Shown in pieces: positions 56,101-64,000 of a stretch of DNA of 64,000 bases (its first letter is position 1; each line of letters opens with the position of its first letter). The position numbers and the translations under genes were made by a program. The stretch comes from Eledone cirrhosa. Its lineage: Eukaryota. The DNA is taken from contig OZ024740.1 of assembly GCA_964016885.1 (NCBI GenBank), positions 132,556,001 through 132,620,000 of the forward strand, in the 5' to 3' direction. The notes beneath the pieces are model-generated. The model was not told the DNA's origin. It did no database searches and saw only the letters and a program-made list of their open reading frames with translations.

Positions 56101-59100
56101 GAAAGAGGAGAGTAGGAGAGGCAGCGACAGGGTATGAGTGAGTGAAAGTTGAGGAAGAGACTAACAGAGAGAGAGAGTCTGCTAGAAAGGGTAAAGATAC
56201 AAAGAACGAAACAGACGGGTGGCGGCAGAGGAAAAAATATGTGTAAATATGATAATAATGGAGCTGCGGCGTTGCAAATGGGATACATATGAAAAAGTGA
56301 GTCCTTCATCAGTGACCCTCCAACCGTCCCAGGCATTTCATCGCTTTAAGGGCCATATACCTCAGGTTGGTGCGAACAACGGCTAAAAAAAGTCGTTGGG
56401 ACACATAAATAAAGAGAACGTTAGGGTGAACAAACAAAATGGTTTAGGCAACAGAAAGTGAGAAGAAAGAGACAAGTCCCAGATTTCTATGAATATAAAC
56501 TCGATAAAACCGTGAACTAGAGAATAAAGACCATCAGACCTGGTTGAAATGTGAGCAAGGAAGGAATTTCGCACAGGTCTAACGGGGGGGAATAAGAAGG
56601 GGTCTGGTCTGCGAATTCGGTAAACATAAGTTCTGTGAAGACGCAGACGAGAGAGAGAGAGAGAAAAAAAATTTCATACCGGCTTGGCCAAGAGTGCGCG
56701 AGAAAGGAAATCGGACAGGTCAAGCGGGAAGAAAGAGGAGAGGAGGAGAGGCAGCGACAGGGTATGAGTGAGTGAAAGTTGAGGAAGAGGCTAACAGAGA
56801 GAGAGAGTCTGCTAGAAAGGGTAAAGATACAAAGAACGAAACAGACGGGTAGCGGCAGAGGAAAAAATTAGTGTAAATATGATAATAATGGAGCTGCGGC
56901 GTTGCAAATGGGATACATATGAAAAAGTGAGTCCTTCATCAGTGACCCTCCAACCGTCCCAGGCATTTCATCGCTTTAAGGGCCATATACCTCAGGTTGG
57001 TGCGAACAACGGCTAAAAAAAGTCGTTGGGACACATAAATAAAGAGAACGTTAGGGTGAACAAACAAAATGGTTTAGGCAACAGAAAGTGAGAAGAAAGA
57101 GACAAGTCCCAGATTTCTATGAATATAAACTCGATAAAACCGTGAACTAGAGAATAAATACCATCAGACCTGGTTGAAATGTGAGCAAGGAAGGAATTTC
57201 GCACAGGTCTAACGGGGGGGAATAAGAAGGGGTCTGGTCTGCGAATTCGGTAAATATAAGTTCTGTGAAGACGCAGACGAGAGAGAGAGAGAAAAAAAAT
57301 TTCATACCGGCTTGGCCAAGAGTGCGCGAGAAAGGAAATCGGACAGGTCAAGCGGGAAGAAAGAGGAGAGGAGGAGAGGCAGTGACAGGGTATGAGTGAG
57401 TGAAAGTTGAGGAAGAGGCTAACAGAGAGAGAGAGACTGCTAGAAAGGGTAAAGATACAAAGAACGAAACAGACGGGTGGCAGCAGAGGAAACAGTATGT
57501 GTAAATATGATAATAATGGAGCTGCGGCGTTGCAAATGGGATACATATGAAAAAGTGAGTCCTTCATCAGTGACCCTCCAACCGTCCCAGGCATTTCATC
57601 GCTTTAAGGGCCATATACCTCAGGTTGGTGAGAACAACGGCTGAAAAAAGTCGTTGGGAAACGTAAATAAAGAGAACGTTAGGGTGAACAAACAAAATGG
57701 TTTAGGCAACAGAAAGTGAGAAGAAAGAGTCAAGTCCCAGATTTCTATGAATATAAACTCGATAAAACCGTGAACTAGAGAATAAAGACCATCAGACCTG
57801 GTTGAAATGTGAGCAAGGAAGGAATTTCGCACAGGTCTAACGGGGGGGGGGGGGAAGAAGAAGGGGTCTGGTCTGCGAATTCGGTAAACATAAGTTCTGT
57901 GAAGACGCAGACGAGAGAGAGAGAGAGAAAAAAAATTTCATACCGGCTTGGCCAAGAGTGCGCGAGAAAGGAAATCGGACAGGTCAAGCGGGAAGAAGAG
58001 GAGAGGAGGAGAGGCAGCGACAGGGTATGAGTGAGTGAAAGTTGAGGAAGAGACTAACAGAGAGAGAGAGTCTGCTAGAAAGGGTAAAGATACAAAGAAC
58101 GAAACAGACGGGTGGCGGCAGAGGAAAAAATATGTGTAAATATGATAATAATGGAGCTGCGGCGTTGCAAATGGGATACATATGAAAAAGTGAGTCCTTC
58201 ATCAGTGACCCTCCAACCGTCCCAGGCATTTCATCGCTTTAAGGGCCATATACCTCAGGTTGGTGCGAACAACGGCTAAAAAAAGTCGTTGGGACACATA
58301 AATAAAGAGAACGTTAGGGTGAACAAACAAAATGGTTTAGGCAACAGAAAGTGAGAAGAAAGAGACAAGTCCCAGATTTCTATGAATATAAACTCGATAA
58401 AACCGTGAACTAGAGAATAAAGACCATCAGACCTGGTTGAAATGTGAGCAAGGAAGGAATTTCGCACAGGTCTAACGGGGGGGAATAAGAAGGGGTCTGG
58501 TCTGCGAATTCGGTAAACATAAGTTCTGTGAAGACGCAGACGAGAGAGAGAGAGAAAAAAAATTTCATACCGGCTTGGCCAAGAGTGCGCGAGAAAGGAA
58601 ATCGGACAGGTCAAGCGGGAAGAAAGAGGAGAGGAGGAGAGGCAGTGACAGGGTATGAGTGAGTGAAAGTTGAGGAAGAGGCTAACAGAGAGAGAGAGAC
58701 TGCTAGAAAGGGTAAAGATACAAAGAACGAAACAGACGGGTGGCAGCAGAGGAAACAATATGTGTAAATATGATAATAATGGAGCTGCGGCGTTGCAAAT
58801 GGGATACATATGAAAAAGTGAGTCCTTCATCAGTGACCCTCCAACCGTCCCAGGCATTTCATCGCTTTAAGGGCCATATACCTCAGGTTGGTGAGAACAA
58901 CGGCTGAAAAAAGTCGTTGGGAAACGTAAATAAAGAGAACGTTAGGGTGAACAAACAAAATGGTTTAGGCAACAGAAAGTGAGAAGAAAGAGTCAAGTCC
59001 CAGATTTCTATGAATATAAACTCGATAAAACCGTGAACTAGAGAATAAAGACCATCAGACCTGGTTGAAATGTGAGCAAGGAAGGAATTTCGCACAGGTC

Positions 59101-62100
59101 TAACGGGGGGGGGGAAGAAGAAGGGGTCTGGTCTGCGAATTCGGTAAACATAAGTTCTGTGAAGACGCAGACGAGAGAGAGAGAGAGAAAAAAAATGTCA
59201 TACCGGCTTGGCCAAGAGTGCGCGAGGAAAGGAAATCGGACAGGTCAAGCGGGAAGAAAGAGGAGAGGAGGAGAGGCAGCGACAGGGTATGAGTGAGTGA
59301 AAGTTGAGGAAGAGACTAACAGAGAGAGAGAGTCTGCTAGAAAGGGTAAAGATACAAAGAACGAAACAGACGGGTGGCGGCAGAGGAAAAATATGTGTAA
59401 ATATGATAATAATGGAGCTGCGGCGTTGCAAATGGGATACATATGAAAAAGTGAGTCCTTCATCAGTGACCCTCCAACCGTCCCAGGCATTTCATCGCTT
59501 TAAGGGCCATATACCTCAGGTTGGTGCGAACAACGGCTAAAAAAAGTCGTTGGGACACGTAAATAAAGAGAACGTTAGGGTGAACAAACAAAATGGTTTA
59601 GGCAACAGAAAGTGAGAAGAAAGAGACAAGTCCCAGATTTCTATGAATATAAACTCGATAAAACCGTGAACTAGAGAATAAAGACCATCAGACCTGGTTG
59701 AAATGTGAGCAAGGAAGGAATTTCGCACAGGTCTAACGGGAGGAAGAAGAAAGGGGTCTGGTCTGCGAATTCGGTAAACATAATTCTGTGAAGACGCAGA
59801 CGAGAGAGAGAGAGAAAAAAAAGTTCATACCGGCTTGGCCAAGAGTGCGCGAGAAAGGAAATCGGACAGGTCAAGCGGGAAGAAAGAGGAGAGGAGGAGA
59901 GGCAGTGACAGGGTATGAGTGAGTGAAAGTTGAGGAAGAGGCTAACAGAGAGAGAGAGACTGCTAGAAAGGGTAAAGATACAAAGAACGAAACAGACGGG
60001 TGGCAGCAGAGGAAAAAATATGTGTAAATATGATAATAATGGAGCTGCGGCGTTGCAAATGGGATACATATGAAAAAGTGAGTCCTTCATCAGTGACCCT
60101 CCAACCGTCCCAGGAATTTCATCGCTTTAAGGGCCATATAACCTCAGGTTGGTGAGAACACGGCTGAAAAAAGTCGTTGGGAAACGTAAATAAAGAGAAC
60201 GTTAGGGTGAACAAACAAAATGGTTTAGGCAACAGAAAGTGAGAAGAAAGAGTCAAGTCCCAGATTTCTATGAATATAAACTCGATAAAACCGTGAACTA
60301 GAGAATAAAGACCATCAGACCTGGTTGAAATGTGAGCAAGGAAGGAATTTCGCACAGGTCTAACGGGGGGGGGGAAGAAGAAGGGGTCTGGTCTGCGAAT
60401 TCGGTAAACATAAGTTCTGTGAAGACGCAGACGAGAGAGAGAGAGAGAAAAAAAATTTCATACCGGCTTGGCCAAGAGTGCGCGAGAAAGGAAATCGGAC
60501 AGGTCAAGCGGGAAGAAAGAGGAGAGGAGGAGAGGCAGCGACAGGGTATGAGTGAGTGAAAGTTGAGGAAGAGGCTAACAGTGAGAGAGAGTCTGCTAGA
60601 AAGGGTAAAGATACAAAGAACGAAACAGACGGGTGGCGGCAGAGGAAAAAATATGTGTAAATATGATAATAATGGAGCTGCGGCGTTGCAAATGGGATAC
60701 ATATGAAAAAGTGAGTCCTTCATCAGTGACCCTCCAACCGTCCCAGGCATTTCATCGCTTTAAGGGCCATATACCTCAGGTTGGTGCGAACAACGGCTAA
60801 AAAAAGTCGTTGGGACACGTAAATAAAGAGAACGTTAGGGTGAACAAACAAAATGGTTTAGGCAACAGAAAGTGAGAAGAAAGAGACAAGTCCCAGATTT
60901 CTATGAATATAAACTCGATAAAACCGTGAACTAGAGAATAAAGACCATCAGACCTGGTTGAAATGTGAGCAAGGAAGGAATTTCGCACAGGTCTAACGGG
61001 AGGAAGAAGAAGGGGTCTGGTCTGCGAATTCGGTAAACATAAGTTCTGTGAAGACGCAGACGAGAGAGAGAGAGAAAAAAAAGTTCATACCGGCTTGGCC
61101 AAGAGTGCGCGAGAAAGGAAATCGGACAGGTCAAGCGGGAAGAAAGAGGAGAGGAGGAGAGGCAGTGACAGGGTATGAGTGAGTGAAAGTTGAGGAAGAG
61201 GCTAACAGAGAGAGAGAGACTGCTAGAAAGGGTAAAGATACAAAGAACGAAACAGACGGGTGGCAGCAGAGGAAAAAATATGTGTAAATATGATAATAAT
61301 GGAGCTGCGGCGTTGCAAATGGGATACATATGAAAAAGTGAGTCCTTCATCAGTGACCCTCCAACCGTCCCAGGCATTTCATCGCTTTAAGGGCCATATA
61401 CCTCAGGTTGGTGCGAACAACGGCTGAAAAAAGTCGTTGGGAAACGTAAATAAAGAGAACGTTAGGGTGAACAAACAAAATGGTTTAGGCAACAGAAAGT
61501 GAGAAGAAAGAGTCAAGTCCCAGATTTCTATGAATATAAACTCGATAAAACCGTGAACTAGAGAATAAAGACCATCAGACCTGGTTGAAATGTGAGCAAG
61601 GAAGGAATTTCGCACAGGTCTAACGGGGGGGGGGAAGAAGAAGGGGTCTGGTCTGCGAATTCGGTAAACATAAGTTCTGTGAAGACGCAGACGAGAGAGA
61701 GAGAGAGAAAAAAAATTTCATACCGGCTTGGCCAAGAGTGCGCGAGAAAGGAAATCGGACAGGTCAAGCGGGAAGAAAGAGGAGAGGAGGAGAGGCAGCG
61801 ACAGGGTATGAGTGAGTGAAAGTTGAGGAAGAGGCTAACAGTGAGAGAGAGTCTGCTAGAAAGGGTAAAGATACAAAGAACGAAACAGACGGGTGGCGGC
61901 AGAGGAAAAAATATGTGTAAATATGATAATAATGGAGCTGCGGCGTTGCAAATGGGATACATATGAAAAAGTGAGTCCTTCATCAGTGACCCTCCAACCG
62001 TCCCAGGCATTTCATCGCTTTAAGGGCCATATACCTCAGGTTGGTGCGAACAACGGCTAAAAAAAGTCGTTGGGACACGTAAATAAAGAGAACGTTAGGG

Positions 62101-64000
62101 TGAACAAACAAAATGGTTTAGGCAACAGAAAGTGAGAAGAAAGAGACAAGTCCCAGATTTCTATGAATATAAACTCGATAAAACCGTGAACTAGAGAATA
62201 AAGACCATCAGACCTGGTTGAAATGTGAGCAAGGAAGGAATTTCGCACAGGTCTAACGGGAGGAAGAAGAAGGGGTCTGGTCTGCGAATTCGGTAAACAT
62301 AAGTTCTGTGAAGACGCAGACGAGAGAGAGAGAGAAAAAAAAGTTCATACCGGCTTGGCCAAGAGTGCGCGAGAAAGGAAATCGGACAGGTCAAGCGGGA
62401 AGAAAGAGGAGAGGAGGAGAGGCAGTGACAGGGTATGAGTGAGTGAAAGTTGAGGAAGAGGCTAACAGAGAGAGAGAGACTGCTAGAAAGGGTAAAGATA
62501 CAAAGAACGAAACAGACGGGTGGCAGCAGAGGAAAAAATATGTGTAAATATGATAATAATGGAGCTGCGGCGTTGCAAATGGGATACATATGAAAAAGTG
62601 AGTCCTTCATCAGTGACCCTCCAACCGTCCCAGGCATTTCATCGCTTTAAGGGCCATATACCTCAGGTTGGTGCGAACAACGGCTAAAAAAAGTCGTTGG
62701 GAAACGTAAATAAAGAGAACGTTAGGGTGAACAAACAAAATGGTTTAGGCAACAGAAAGTGAGAAGAAAGAGACAAGTCCCAGATTTCTATGAATATAAA
62801 CTCGATAAAACCGTGAACTAGAGAATAAAGACCATCAGACCTGGTTGAAATGTGAGCAAGGAAGGAATTTCGCACAGGTCTAACGGGGGGGAAGAAGAAG
62901 GGGTCTGGTCTGCGAATTCGGTAAACATAAGTCTGTGAAGACGCAGACGAGAGAGAAAGAGAGAAAAAAAATGTCATACCGGCTTGGCCAAGAGTGCGCG
63001 AGAAAGGAAATCGGACAGGTCAAGCGGGAAGAAAGAGGAGAGGAGGAGAGGCAGTGACAGGGTATGAGTGAGTGAAAGTTGAGGAAGAGGCTAACAGAGA
63101 GAGAGAGACTGCTAGAAAGGGTAAAGATACAAAGAACGAAACAGACGGGTGGCAGCAGAGGAAAAAATATGTGTAAATATGATAATAATGGAGCTGCGGC
63201 GTTGCAAATGGGATACATATGAAAAAGTGAGTCCTTCATCAGTGACCCTCCAACCGTCCCAGGCATTTCATCGCTTTAAGGGCCATATACCTCAGGTTGG
63301 TGCGAACAACGGCTAAAAAAAGTCGTTGGGACACGTAAATAAAGAGAACGTTAGGGTGAACAAACAAAATGGTTTAGGCAACAGAAAGTGAGAAGAAAGA
63401 GACAAGTCCCAGATTTCTATGAATATAAACTCGATAAAACCGTGAACTAGAGAATAAAGACCATCAGACCTGGTTGAAATGTGAGCAAGGAAGGAATTTC
63501 GCACAGGTCTAACGGGGGGGAATAAGAAGGGGTCTGGTCTGCGAATTCGGTAAACATAAGTTCTGTGAAGACGCAGACGAGAGAGAGAAAAAAAATTTCA
63601 TACCGGCTTGGCCAAGAGTGCGCGAGAAAGGAAATCGGACAGGTCAAGCGGGAAGAAAGAGGAGAGGAGGAGAGGCAGCGACAGGGTATGAGTGAGTGAA
63701 AGTTGAGGAAGAGGCTAACAGAGAGAGAGAGTCTGCTAGAAAGGGTAAAGATACAAAGAACGAAACAGACGGGTGGCAGCAGAGGAAAAAAATATGTGTA
63801 AATATGATAATAATGGAGCTGCGGCGTTGCAAATGGGATACATATGAAAAAGTGAGTCCTTCATCAGTGACCCTCCAACCGTCCCAGGCATTTCATCGCT
63901 TTAAGGGCCATATACCTCAGGTTGGTGCGAACAACGGCTAAAAAAAGTCGTTGGGACACGTAAATAAAGAGAACGTTAGGGTGAACAAACAAAATGGTTT
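53138..64000. repeat. Tandem array (satellite) of ~630-bp monomers, 17 complete plus 1 partial, running off the window
   Basis: gtgagtccttcatcag recurs at about 53141, 53771, 54402, 55030, 55664, 56297, 56927, 57555, 58190, 58818, 59451, 60078, 60711, 61338, 61971, 62598, 63227 and 63852. Confidence 0.98.

Noticed and set aside
53227-63941. Recurring 60-200 aa ORFs (MPGTVGGSLMKD...) in the array
   Set aside because: Frames change with GA/G-run length between monomers, no domain is recognisable, and the ORFs are a by-product of the pyrimidine-rich strand.
53138-64000. rDNA, 5S, snRNA or histone tandem cluster, or CRISPR-like array
   Set aside because: No recognisable match to these RNAs or genes, and the monomers have no variable spacers.

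Overview
Repeat-dominated eukaryotic DNA. The microsatellite load and SINE types look like a coleoid cephalopod such as Octopus (inference). No host protein-coding exon is supportable. Contents: (i) three Penelope-like retroelements (PLEs; RT with YRDD where preserved, CxCx5CPL linker, C-terminal GIY-YIG) at about 0.6-1.8, 34.6-40.1 and 49.8-52.4 kb. The middle one is flanked by 1.5-kb inverted repeats. (ii) A nested LINE cluster at about 10-33 kb: two near full-length Tx1/L1-clade elements plus truncated copies, an R4/Dong-like element, RTE-like relics and tRNA-derived SINEs, many joined at (AAT)n tracts. (iii) Mariner fragments. (iv) A ~630-bp tandem array with A/B dimer structure from 53.1 kb to the window end. 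The most striking signal is a set of short non-coding foldback elements inserted in (TA)n. Several carry minimal type I hammerhead ribozyme motifs, and two unrelated families use the compensatory U3-A8 core. A second signal is a conserved AG|GTAAGT splice donor, pyrimidine tract and Kozak cassette at the ORF1/ORF2 junction of both Tx1 elements.
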